Shown here in pieces: positions 26,421-35,275 of a stretch of 42,002 nucleotides of DNA. Source of the DNA: a virus (lineage: Duplodnaviria > Caudoviricetes); IMG/VR virus record IMGVR_UViG_3300029171_000017, positions 1 through 42,002 of that record; one strand, written 5' to 3'. Within the stretch, counting starts at the first letter, position 1. Each line of letters starts with the position of its first letter. The position numbers and the translations under genes are program-made. The notes under the pieces were generated by a model, which saw only the letters and a list, made by a program, of their open reading frames with translations, had not been told where the DNA came from and made no database searches.

Positions 26421-27227
26421 ATGGCTCTCTCAGATAATTACAGCGCTACATTTTCAGACCTCACGGAAGAAGAGCGGGCTGAAGTGGGTTCTTTTATTGT
26501 CGATTTAATTACTGCTCAGACCTATTCCAACCAGGCAAAAATCGCCAGTTTAATCTCTGGGGCGTTGACAGATTTATCAACCGATGAAGACAGCGTTTCA
26601 CTGTTTTGCAGAACCGCCGATTACGTGGAAGAGTGTGGCGAGACTTTCGATAAAATCGCCATGGCGGCTCTGATGACCGTAGTGGCTCCGATGGTGAAAT
26701 CCGCGTCGGCGGCCGTGCAGGTCGATCCTCACACAGGCGCTCCCTACACCGGAATGCCGGGCGCAACTTCCAAAGCACCAATGTCTCATGCGGATAAGTG
26801 GCGAATCGGCTTGAGCGCAGCGGGACTTGGTATAGCGGCCGCTCCGTTTATTGCCCACGCAGTGAAAGAGCGCCGACGGAAATCACAAATTCGTAATTCA
26901 TTCCAGCAAGTTTTACGAGAACACCCCCACTTACAGCAAGATCCACATATTCACAGGTATTTTCATGCGGTTGCGAACTTTGCTCCCAGCGTTGCTGCTA
27001 ATCCGTTATTAGCTGGGAATGTGCTGAATTCTATGCACCAGATCGGACCTGCGGCTGTCACTCCCCGAGCTATCGGAGAATTGATGAGTGTAGATAAGGA
27101 CATGAGTAGCCGCCAAGGTTATGGTGATCATTTAAGCGGCGTGGCAACGGGTCTTCAAAACGCAGCTAAAAATATTAGTCAATTAGATCAACGACGTGAA
27201 TCGGCGACCAAGGGGGCTAAGTCATGA
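26421..27227 (+). CDS. Putative internal head/ejection protein with hydrophobic helix
   Basis: SD AAGGAG; KIAS, KIAM, KSAS; IGLSAAGLGIAAAPFIAHAV followed by basic residues. Confidence 0.7.
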   Translation: MALSDNYSATFSDLTEEERAEVGSFIVDLITAQTYSNQAKIASLISGALTDLSTDEDSVSLFCRTADYVEECGETFDKIAMAALMTVVAPMVKSASAAVQVDPHTGAPYTGMPGATSKAPMSHADKWRIGLSAAGLGIAAAPFIAHAVKERRRKSQIRNSFQQVLREHPHLQQDPHIHRYFHAVANFAPSVAANPLLAGNVLNSMHQIGPAAVTPRAIGELMSVDKDMSSRQGYGDHLSGVATGLQNAAKNISQLDQRRESATKGAKS

Positions 27228-27991
27228 ACGAACCTACGTTGCGTCGAGAATACACCGCGATTGATCTGCATTCTCCTCCTGGACAGGTGTTTCGAAAAAA
27301 GCCTTTTGCTAATGAAGATTCTGGTGATGCGATCATGGCCAAAACTCCAAGTGATTTTAGTCAGAAATTAGCCGCCGCCGCACTGGACGCAACTAAAGAG
27401 GCTAGAATGACCTTTGGCGCACGTGTTCTTCGCAGAACAGGTAGACAGGTAACGCCTGCCGCCGGAGTTGCGCCAACGCCCCGTGCCGCGCCGATGCCTG
27501 GTTATCCGCAGAACACCTACAGAACACCCGGCAGTATTTCGCAGCACACAATTGGCGGACAGCCGATGGCATTCTCTGGTAGTCATGCAGTGCTACAAGA
27601 TCACCAAGGTCACCGCTTACCTATGAACGAGGCGGAGCAGAGCTATCTGCACAATCGACTGTCGTCCGCCAGTAATCTTGAAGCATATAGAATGCGCACT
27701 CCGGAGGCTAACCGAACTATGTTGGGCGGTTTCGGCGCCCGATTAAAAGATTTTGCTGCTAATCCCGTCACTCAGATGATCGGAGCGCCTATCGCAGCTA
27801 ACGCTGTGCTAAGTCGTATTCCTGGCGGAAAAGATGAGCATGGGAATGATCGTAGCATGGCAGACACCACCGCCGGGCAACTCATCACCCATCTTGGCGC
27901 ACCCTTGGCCGCAGGCGCCCTTTCCGGACGACTTCGACCGAATATGAGCCAACATCTTACTACCATTCCGACACCACAGGTCACCGCATGA
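27224..27991 (+). CDS. Putative internal head/ejection protein
   Basis: ATGA-coupled; KLAA, KEAR; Gly/Ala-rich helices IGAPIAANAVL and LGAPLAAGAL. Confidence 0.65.
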   Translation: MNEPTLRREYTAIDLHSPPGQVFRKKPFANEDSGDAIMAKTPSDFSQKLAAAALDATKEARMTFGARVLRRTGRQVTPAAGVAPTPRAAPMPGYPQNTYRTPGSISQHTIGGQPMAFSGSHAVLQDHQGHRLPMNEAEQSYLHNRLSSASNLEAYRMRTPEANRTMLGGFGARLKDFAANPVTQMIGAPIAANAVLSRIPGGKDEHGNDRSMADTTAGQLITHLGAPLAAGALSGRLRPNMSQHLTTIPTPQVTA

Positions 27992-29400
27992 TCGAAAAAC
28001 GCATCAGTACTGAGTGCAAAGATTGGGGACCAGATACTGTTCTGATTTCTGATCGGCAAACTCTGACGAAAGTTGCCAGTGCGGCACACACACCGTCGGA
28101 ATTGTTAACGGTCATTGACAAATTAAAACCCCGTCCAGAAGGGGTCTACGTACTAATTAACGCTGTCGGCGCCAGCGAATACTGGGGGCAGAATGCCAAT
28201 GGCGATGCTTTTCCAGAGTGGTCACTTTTAGGTCACGAATGTCCTGATGAGGCGAAAGCTATTATTGAGGCGTGGAATAAAAAACAGGAACTTGAGCAGA
28301 AACGCCGCATAATTCCTTCACAAAACAGTTACGGATATAAAACCTTCGTCACGACAGCGAAGCCGTTTATTCTTCACAATAATAAAGATCCGCTGGCGGC
28401 AACCGGTGATGTGATTGCTGCTGCGTATAACCACCACATGCACCGGGTGGAGCTGATCGTTTTTATTTATGAAGCGCGGGACCCGGAGGGTGTAAAATCG
28501 CTGCGCAGTGACCAGCCCGTGGCGTGGAGCATGGGCGCTCGGGTGCCTTTTGACGTCTGCACAGTGTGTCACAGCTTAGCTAAAAATCGATCAGAATATT
28601 GTGCCCACCTGCTTACGTCTATGGGTCAACTTCATACCGATGGGCGCACTGTGGGAATGATTAATTTTTTTCCGCATTTTTTCGATATTTCTCGGGTCCG
28701 TGTTCCTGCGGAACGAAGCGCTTGGACCCTTCGAAAAATTGCGAGCCCGATTTCTATTTCTGCTCCGAAATTACGTCCTGCCTATAAACATGCGGCGATG
28801 GAAAAAAATACATTACCTATTCGAGGCCGCAGTTTAGGCAGTGAACCGATCGATCGGGATTTATTAAATTTCGTTACTCGCCAAGTAGAGGGCGAGGGTT
28901 GTCCAGATCTTCGAATAGACGACGATCCTGTTTGGCAGCGAGCAGTGCAGTGTGAAGGGATGGCGCCAACTATCGCTGCGCTATCTTTGAATGGTGTTGT
29001 TTTGCGGGACGGAGAATTGCAAAGATTTTTACATCTTAGTCGAGAATCTGTCCCTAAATCGCTTGACTTAAATAATGTCCCTAACAGACTATTATTGTTG
29101 GCTCGTTCTCTTGTTCGAGATCGTTCGATGAAAAATCCCGAATTCGAGCAACGAGCTGAGCGATCAACCGGATCGACCAGATCTGCAACGAAAGTGGCAA
29201 GTCGTCAATACGAAGCCTATAAAAAATTACTGGTTTCGGAATTGAGTAGCATCGTAAAAGTTGCATCATCTGTACGAGTTCGAACTGTACTGCAACCGGA
29301 AATCATCGGTGAGATGTTTTTCAAGTCCGCAGTTTCAGTGGTTCCAGAAGTAGCTTGGCTGCCATTCGCAGTGGCAATTACTTCTAAACGATTTGTCTAA
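27988..29400 (+). CDS. Prohead (capsid maturation) protease
   Basis: N.NGDAF, His motif FILHNNKD, Ser motif AWSMGARV followed by CTVC...YCAH and FFDISRV..PA, matching the HK97/herpes-type assemblin layout; lies upstream of scaffold-like genes and MCP. Confidence 0.8.
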   Translation: MIEKRISTECKDWGPDTVLISDRQTLTKVASAAHTPSELLTVIDKLKPRPEGVYVLINAVGASEYWGQNANGDAFPEWSLLGHECPDEAKAIIEAWNKKQELEQKRRIIPSQNSYGYKTFVTTAKPFILHNNKDPLAATGDVIAAAYNHHMHRVELIVFIYEARDPEGVKSLRSDQPVAWSMGARVPFDVCTVCHSLAKNRSEYCAHLLTSMGQLHTDGRTVGMINFFPHFFDISRVRVPAERSAWTLRKIASPISISAPKLRPAYKHAAMEKNTLPIRGRSLGSEPIDRDLLNFVTRQVEGEGCPDLRIDDDPVWQRAVQCEGMAPTIAALSLNGVVLRDGELQRFLHLSRESVPKSLDLNNVPNRLLLLARSLVRDRSMKNPEFEQRAERSTGSTRSATKVASRQYEAYKKLLVSELSSIVKVASSVRVRTVLQPEIIGEMFFKSAVSVVPEVAWLPFAVAITSKRFV

Positions 29401-29410
29401 GGAGTGAATA

Positions 29411-30175
29411 ATGAAAATTGGTGACCTGCTGAATAGTCTGCGGTCCGGGGATGGTGAAACCGAGAAGCTCGCTGCGCAGGATGGTACGCAAGACGCAGAG
29501 ACTCTGGATCCGGAAACTGAAAAACTGGCCAGCGAAATTGCCGAGGCAGGCAAAATTTTTGCGGATAGTTTTTTAGATCGGATTGAGGAAAAGACTGCTG
29601 CTCGCGCCACCGATCGAGCTTCTAGCTCACATGCAATGGGCGGTGCGCGAAACTCGACTTGGGGTAGTGTTGCCGCGAAGCTGCAAAAGCGACACGGCAA
29701 GGCAGTTACCGATGTCGACTCGGGACACACCCGAGCTGAACATGCCTATCCGCGAACAATTGGTAAGTCCAAGTCACCTCGAAAAGGAGTGAAGAACATG
29801 TCTTTGGCTCGAATCAATGCTGCTCGTGAACAGAACGAAATCAACGAAAAATTGGCCGAACTGGAAAACACCTTCGGCAACGACCCGGTTTTCTTGTCTA
29901 CGCTTGATGCCGCCCTGGAGATCGTGACGAACGAAGTTGATGCTTCGCCGTTAGAACATCTTAAAATTGCCACCGATCTCACACTGGATCAGCTCAATTT
30001 GGCTGAGTCTGATGAGGATGTGGAATTTGCCGTCAAGTGCGCTGAAGAGGCCGCGATCGCTGCATTTGACGCTGGGGTTACGATTGAGGATGTTGAAGCG
30101 TTAGACGCCGCTGGCGCCGACGCTTTTGGTCGAATGTTGGCGTCGGTCGTCGGTCCTCAGTTAGGACAGGAATAA
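29411..30175 (+). CDS. Acidic scaffold-like protein (possible internal start at 29798)
   Basis: SD AAGGAG; EKLAA, EKLAS, EKTAA, EKLAE; second in-frame SD+ATG at 29784-29800. Confidence 0.7.
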   Translation: MKIGDLLNSLRSGDGETEKLAAQDGTQDAETLDPETEKLASEIAEAGKIFADSFLDRIEEKTAARATDRASSSHAMGGARNSTWGSVAAKLQKRHGKAVTDVDSGHTRAEHAYPRTIGKSKSPRKGVKNMSLARINAAREQNEINEKLAELENTFGNDPVFLSTLDAALEIVTNEVDASPLEHLKIATDLTLDQLNLAESDEDVEFAVKCAEEAAIAAFDAGVTIEDVEALDAAGADAFGRMLASVVGPQLGQE

Positions 30176-30178
30176 CAG

Positions 30179-30436
30179 ATGCGGTCGCAGTTTATTCGAG
30201 ATCTTTGTGCAGAAGCATCGCGGTCTGAGGATTCCTCCGATCACAGTCCCTCTGTGCAATCGGAGAAAACTGCGACGGCGCAGTCTCTTTTAGAAGAGAT
30301 TGACGCCGCTTTGGGCAATTCGGAAGCATCTGCAAAGACTGCCAGAGCAGGTAAAGTGGCTCTGGCGAAATTGCTGGCTGCTGGCGATTTGCTGAGACGA
30401 GGAGGCGCCTATGCCGATGATCAAAATCGCGGCTGA
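30179..30436 (+). CDS. Small K-x-A protein (scaffold-like)
   Basis: 85 aa, SD AGGA; EKTAT, AKTAR, GKVAL. Confidence 0.65.
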   Translation: MRSQFIRDLCAEASRSEDSSDHSPSVQSEKTATAQSLLEEIDAALGNSEASAKTARAGKVALAKLLAAGDLLRRGGAYADDQNRG

Positions 30437-30773
30437 GACGCTTCTAAAGGTTAGAGAGAAACTGGTGAAAACAGCTGCTGTGGAAAAACTCGCTGAGACG
30501 CTCAGACAAGAAAATGACGTTCTCAGGCGCACCATGCAGTTAGTGGCCAGCGGTCATCTCGATCCGGAAGTGGCGCTCGACAAGGTCGCGGACTACAACG
30601 CTAATCCTGATGCGTTGAGGGCAGCTGAGGCGGTTTCTGAACTTGGTGGAATAGTATCCACAAAAATCGGAACCACTGAAGGAGCCGCTCTGGAATCCGA
30701 TGATGCTGACGGAGGTAGCACTCCCGAAGCACGATTTGCAAGTAGATTGGCCAGTATCACAAATCATGTTTAA
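30411..30773 (+). CDS. Scaffold-like coiled-coil protein
   Basis: 120 aa, SD GAGGAGG; IKIAA, VKTAA, EKLAE, DKVAD; two genes upstream of MCP. Confidence 0.7.
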   Translation: MPMIKIAAETLLKVREKLVKTAAVEKLAETLRQENDVLRRTMQLVASGHLDPEVALDKVADYNANPDALRAAEAVSELGGIVSTKIGTTEGAALESDDADGGSTPEARFASRLASITNHV

Positions 30774-30786
30774 TGGGAGTTCTTAG

Positions 30787-31350
30787 ATGCGAGAAACCAC
30801 CTCCGTAACGGTGCGGTTGAATGCGAAGCTGGAGACTGTGAATCTGATGCAGATTCCTTCTCCGGCAGACGGCAGTGTTATTCAAGACGGGTACTGTGTG
30901 ACCCGAGATAGCAACGGAAAAGCTATCCTTGCTGCCTCCACGACCACAGTCCCTTTTATCGTATACAAAGGTAACAACCGGTCTGACACTCAAGACAGCC
31001 AAGGATCGCCGATGGCGGACTTGGACACCTTGCAATCGATTACTATCGAGACGGGCGGTTTATCGGTAATCGGTAGTGCTGGTATTGAGATTGGTCTTCC
31101 AATCAGCCTATTTGATCCTGCCGGTGTAGCTTCGGCCGCAAGTGTGGTTGTCGGCGACGGCATATCAGTAGGGGCGGGTGGGCTGCTGAAAATTATTGCC
31201 GCCGCTGATATGGATACTGTCACTATTTCGGACGCAAATCCGAAAACGGTCGGACTTCGTATTGCGGGGTATGTGACACGGGTGACTGGACAGATTGTCT
31301 GGTTCCAGTGGTTGGGCGGTACGATTCCGATCTATGGCACCGTCGCTTAA
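30787..31350 (+). CDS. Head decoration/cement protein
   Basis: 187 aa beta-rich protein directly before MCP; VVGDGISVGAGGLL...IAGYVTRV resembles beta-tulip cement proteins. Confidence 0.6.
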   Translation: MRETTSVTVRLNAKLETVNLMQIPSPADGSVIQDGYCVTRDSNGKAILAASTTTVPFIVYKGNNRSDTQDSQGSPMADLDTLQSITIETGGLSVIGSAGIEIGLPISLFDPAGVASAASVVVGDGISVGAGGLLKIIAAADMDTVTISDANPKTVGLRIAGYVTRVTGQIVWFQWLGGTIPIYGTVA

Positions 31351-31373
31351 TCTTAAATAGATAAAAGGAGACC

Positions 31374-32714
31374 ATGATGAGTGTTTTCAATGCGCAGCAG
31401 ATTAACGAGATGTTTGGTGCTGCCCTGGATGGGGGAACTGAAGCCACCGAAAAAATGGCTGAGGCGACCGGACTCTACATTCAAGACAAATTGCGCGAAA
31501 ATTCTTTTGCGCGAAAGATTCTTAGTCCGCAGACAGTCACTCTTAGTGAACTGACTCGTGAAGTTGACGGTGAAGGCTTGTCTTATATTGACGATATCGA
31601 GCCGGATTCGGTGGCGATGGCGATCAATTGGCGCGGCGAGCCCAATCGCACCTACATTGAAGGTAAGCGGTACGCGATCAATCTGTCCACCATCACATCA
31701 GAGCGCATCCAAAAGTCTGAACAGGAATTGCGCTCGTATAAAATGCCTCTGCTGAAAGTGATTGAGCAGAACATTATCAAAGACATCCAGGAGACTATTG
31801 ACGCTCGCTTTATGGCGCACGTCAAAGCTGGTTTGTTTTTGGCCACTGTTCATCGACATAATCAGCTTTTGGCTCGCTCAGAAATTACTTCGACTCGTAA
31901 TTTTAATAACGAGGCGAAACTTTACGCTTATCTCTACAAACACGCGACCACCACAAACGGTATTATCACTAGTAATAGTGGTGCGATGTTTGATTTGTCC
32001 AATCTGAATGCTGACACCACCACCTGGGGCACGTTCACTCAGCCGGTGCGGCAGTCATACTTTGCAAATCTGATTTTAGGTGATCAGACCACATTTTCAC
32101 GGTACGCTGTGTCTGAATTGGCTAAAGTTTTAGCTTCTCGCCAGTTAAAGCTCGGCACAATTTTGATGCACGAAGTGGACTTCGCCGACATCTTGGCTTG
32201 GACCGAAGCGGAAGCTGGTCTTCGAATTACCGAAGAAATTGTTGTGGGTGGATTTAAGTACACCACGATCGGCGGAATCAAATACGTCACTACAGTTCGC
32301 GATAATCCTGATATCGTGGCTCCCGGCCAGATTTTTGGATTTCCGGCTCCAGAATTTTTGGGCCGATACCTTGTTCTTGAAAACACCAAGTTCTTCATGA
32401 AAAAGGAAGGCCGCTTTATCAGTATGGAAGCGTGGGAAGATTTGGGAATCGGCTTCGGTAACATCAAAGGCATTGCCTGCTATCTGATGCGAGGGGCTTC
32501 TCTGACGATGCCTGCGCGTTGGATAGACGCCGCAGGCGCGGCGGAACCGGCAGGATCTGGTGGTAATACTAACGGTTACTGGAGCGGTACAGGCGGATTG
32601 GGCGGTAATCGATTCTTCATTCGCAACGTGACGCCCTCAAACGGTGCTTGGGTGGCGGGCGACTTCAGCGGCGTCAACGCGATCAGTCCTTTCACGAGCT
32701 ATTCGCAAGCGTAA
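31374..32714 (+). CDS. Major capsid protein (HK97 fold)
   Basis: Strong SD AAAAGGAG; YIQDKLRENSFARKIL, EQNIIKDIQETIDARF and AWEDLGIGFGN; head-module position with a terminator downstream. Confidence 0.85.
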   Translation: MMSVFNAQQINEMFGAALDGGTEATEKMAEATGLYIQDKLRENSFARKILSPQTVTLSELTREVDGEGLSYIDDIEPDSVAMAINWRGEPNRTYIEGKRYAINLSTITSERIQKSEQELRSYKMPLLKVIEQNIIKDIQETIDARFMAHVKAGLFLATVHRHNQLLARSEITSTRNFNNEAKLYAYLYKHATTTNGIITSNSGAMFDLSNLNADTTTWGTFTQPVRQSYFANLILGDQTTFSRYAVSELAKVLASRQLKLGTILMHEVDFADILAWTEAEAGLRITEEIVVGGFKYTTIGGIKYVTTVRDNPDIVAPGQIFGFPAPEFLGRYLVLENTKFFMKKEGRFISMEAWEDLGIGFGNIKGIACYLMRGASLTMPARWIDAAGAAEPAGSGGNTNGYWSGTGGLGGNRFFIRNVTPSNGAWVAGDFSGVNAISPFTSYSQA

Positions 32715-32742
32715 TTGCTGCGCTGGGTCTGGTTCATTTTTT

Positions 32743-32784
32743 ACCTCGACTTTGGTGTTATACTGAAGTCGAGGTTATTTTTTT
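32743..32784 (+). terminator. Intrinsic terminator after MCP
   Basis: Stem ACCTCGACTTTGGT / ACTGAAGTCGAGGT followed by TATTTTTTT. Confidence 0.8.
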
Positions 32785-32794
32785 GGAGCCCTCG

Positions 32795-33370
32795 ATGTTG
32801 TTCTCTCATGAGGTCTTTGTACCGATGCCGTCGTGGCGTATTAACAATCGAGATTATCCTGGTAACATGTGGTTCCGGCTTACTCGAAAAGAGGCTGAAT
32901 TAGCTGTTCGAACCTACCCCGCCGCACAGATGCGGCTCTATACGCCCGGCCCTTCGTTGAATCCGATTGCGGTGGCGCCGCTTTCTTCAGAAGCGCCTGT
33001 CCCTTCTGAGTCAGTAATCGCAGATACAGTAGTAATCTCGGAACCGTTGAACGCTCCTGAGACGGTTTCCGAGATTATTACCCAATCTTCAGAGAATTCG
33101 GTAGAACCGGATATTTCTGATGTTTCCAAAGAATCAGATATCGCCTCGAATTTCGATGATGATTTGTTTGATATGGGATCGCCAGAACCAGAGGTCTTGA
33201 CTCCTGAGAGTCGGATCCAGGCTCGATTTCCTGAGATGGCTCCCGCTACTATCGCCGAAATTATGAAAGTCGCGGGCAGCTCTCCTGTGAATTTGGGGGT
33301 AGCGCTAAGTCGAGTTAAAAAAATTGGGCAGAGACGAATCCCTGAAATTGTTAAGATATTGCAATCATGA
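32795..33370 (+). CDS. Hypothetical protein, acidic linker and C-terminal HhH-like motif
   Basis: Start moved to ATG 32795 (SD GGAG, after the terminator); LSRVKKIGQRRIPEI resembles a helix-hairpin-helix. Confidence 0.65.
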   Translation: MLFSHEVFVPMPSWRINNRDYPGNMWFRLTRKEAELAVRTYPAAQMRLYTPGPSLNPIAVAPLSSEAPVPSESVIADTVVISEPLNAPETVSEIITQSSENSVEPDISDVSKESDIASNFDDDLFDMGSPEPEVLTPESRIQARFPEMAPATIAEIMKVAGSSPVNLGVALSRVKKIGQRRIPEIVKILQS

Positions 33371-33909
33371 GTGATCCAATTCTTCCAAGTGGCGCGGGCC
33401 AAATTGCAGTACCGCTTTCGTTTGTCCAACAGGTACGCTTACTGGTTTCAGACGAGCCGGAGTCCAACGATTTAGTTGAGGGACGTGAATTTTCGGACCC
33501 TGTGCTAGCAACACACTTGGTTGCCATCCTTCAGGACTACAACAATACGCCGCCCCCACTACCGTTTATTAGTTTCACGGAGTTGGCTTCACCTCGATCT
33601 CGAATGGGACAGCTGCGCTCCTACATGTTCGAGGCGGCAGCAGGCCGGGCCTTGAAATTTGGCGCAATACGGGGCGCTCGAAATTTTATGCAGTATCAGT
33701 CGGGGAGCGTTAACTTTAACTCGAATGCGAACTGGCAGGGAATGGCGGAGTTGGGCGCTTCGATGTTGCGAGAATGGGATTCTCGAAAAGTAGCTGTCAA
33801 GATTGCGATCAATTTAGAGGGCGGGTATTCAGTGGCCCACTCAGACCTACTTAATCCTCAATTTCTGGAAAATAACGGGATTATTTTAATCACTGGCGGA
33901 GCGTTTTAG
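33367..33909 (+). CDS. Head-tail adaptor/neck protein
   Basis: QVRLLVSD...FSD..L pattern and YQSGSVNF motif; position after MCP. Confidence 0.6.
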   Translation: MSDPILPSGAGQIAVPLSFVQQVRLLVSDEPESNDLVEGREFSDPVLATHLVAILQDYNNTPPPLPFISFTELASPRSRMGQLRSYMFEAAAGRALKFGAIRGARNFMQYQSGSVNFNSNANWQGMAELGASMLREWDSRKVAVKIAINLEGGYSVAHSDLLNPQFLENNGIILITGGAF

Positions 33910-33912
33910 TCC

Positions 33913-34791
33913 GTGGCCCTTCCAAGAATAATTACCGCAGATGTCATCCGTCAAACAGATGTTAGCTATGTAATTTTTTGGAAGGTAGCGCTCCCCTCAA
34001 TTGTTCCGCCGACAGTTCGCCTTCGAATTCATCGATCATATGCTGCCGCCAGCGGCTACGAGGTCATTGCAACAGTTAACTTGACCGATGGTGTTTATAT
34101 TGACTCAGAACATCAGGACTTTTCCAAAGATCTTACGGCATTTTATCGCTTAGAGGTTTTTGACTCGGTCGAATCGGCTACATATGGCCCTTACGAGATT
34201 GAAGCGTCGCCAGATGTGCACGCCCGATTTATGATCCGGCAGATGCGATTAATGCTGCGGAATATCGGCGCCACCCCAGTGCTAATTTATCAGGCCGCTC
34301 GTGGAGACGAGACCAAACGATGCCCGGAGTGCTGGGATGTAGTTTCTCAGATGATTATCGCCTCTAACTGCACTACGTGTGCCGGTTCTGGTTTCGTTGG
34401 TGAGGCTCAAGGGTTTTATCTGCCGGTTTTAACGTTGATGGATATTCGTCCTGCCGATAATGCTAAATCAGTGGAGGATACCGCGCAGAGTCCTCGAATA
34501 TCAACAGGTCGGATGAGCAATTTTCCGCGACTGAGAATTTCCGACGTGGTTCGCGAAGTCAACACCGGGCGCCTGTGGATCGTGGTCAATGTAACGCCCA
34601 TTCAAAAAGATCAGCGGGCTTTAATCAGTCAAGATCCGGTGACCTTGAAGGAAGTGAAGCATCGGGACGTGGAATATGATCTTCCGATCCCGGCTGTGAT
34701 TACGCCGATTTTAACCCGACGCCGAACGCACAAAGAAAAAATACTTAGACTGGTTAATGACACTGCAACTCTGGTGGACGTGTGGGTATGA
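33913..34791 (+). CDS. Neck/head-closure protein with FN3-like N-terminus and Zn finger
   Basis: RIHRS...GYEVIA...YID...FYRL (FN3-like), RCPECWD...CTTCAGSGF, and SDVVRE..TGRLWIV. Confidence 0.6.
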   Translation: MALPRIITADVIRQTDVSYVIFWKVALPSIVPPTVRLRIHRSYAAASGYEVIATVNLTDGVYIDSEHQDFSKDLTAFYRLEVFDSVESATYGPYEIEASPDVHARFMIRQMRLMLRNIGATPVLIYQAARGDETKRCPECWDVVSQMIIASNCTTCAGSGFVGEAQGFYLPVLTLMDIRPADNAKSVEDTAQSPRISTGRMSNFPRLRISDVVREVNTGRLWIVVNVTPIQKDQRALISQDPVTLKEVKHRDVEYDLPIPAVITPILTRRRTHKEKILRLVNDTATLVDVWV

Positions 34792-35012
34792 TTGATTTGA
34801 GCATAGGATTTTTTGATGAGCTGGAAAAAATAGCCATAAAGATCCCCTCGTTACGGCACGTGATGCACTTAGCGAATCCGTCTACTTCTGGATACGTTAA
34901 ACCTCCGAATCCTCATGTGAGGATATCTGGGGGAGCGTCTAATGTCGGCTTCTCTCGCCCTCCGACCCCGTCAACTGCTTACGCTGGGATGGCTCGTAAA
35001 CGGCCGTTTTAA
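34788..35012 (+). CDS. Small protein with FFDELEKIA motif
   Basis: ATG 34788 overlaps the upstream stop; motif shared with 4259-4555; basic Pro-rich tail. Confidence 0.65.
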   Translation: MIDLSIGFFDELEKIAIKIPSLRHVMHLANPSTSGYVKPPNPHVRISGGASNVGFSRPPTPSTAYAGMARKRPF

Positions 35013-35053
35013 CCGTTGTCAAACCCAGGTAAACCCCCATACTTAATTAGGAG

Positions 35054-35269
35054 ATGCCCATGACCCCTGAAGATAAATTTGCTGAAGCACTGGCTAAAAT
35101 CACCGGAACGTTTCAAGAAAAAATTGCTGCGGCCTCGCCGGACGTGTCTTTGCATAATATGAAGCTGGCAGAAGTCATCGATCATCCAAAGTTTTTCGAA
35201 GGCTTTCATGCGCGAATTACTGAACGCATTGGCGATTTTTCCGCTTTTATGAACGCCTTAGATCGGTAA
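35054..35269 (+). CDS. Small K-x-A protein
   Basis: SD AGGAG (start 35054 or 35060); EKFAE, EKIAA, MKLAE. Confidence 0.65.
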   Translation: MPMTPEDKFAEALAKITGTFQEKIAAASPDVSLHNMKLAEVIDHPKFFEGFHARITERIGDFSAFMNALDR

Positions 35270-35275
35270 CCATTT

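Noticed and set aside
32648-32794. N-terminal extension of the 240-aa track ORF
   Set aside because: Overlaps the MCP end and spans its terminator; ATG 32795 has an SD.
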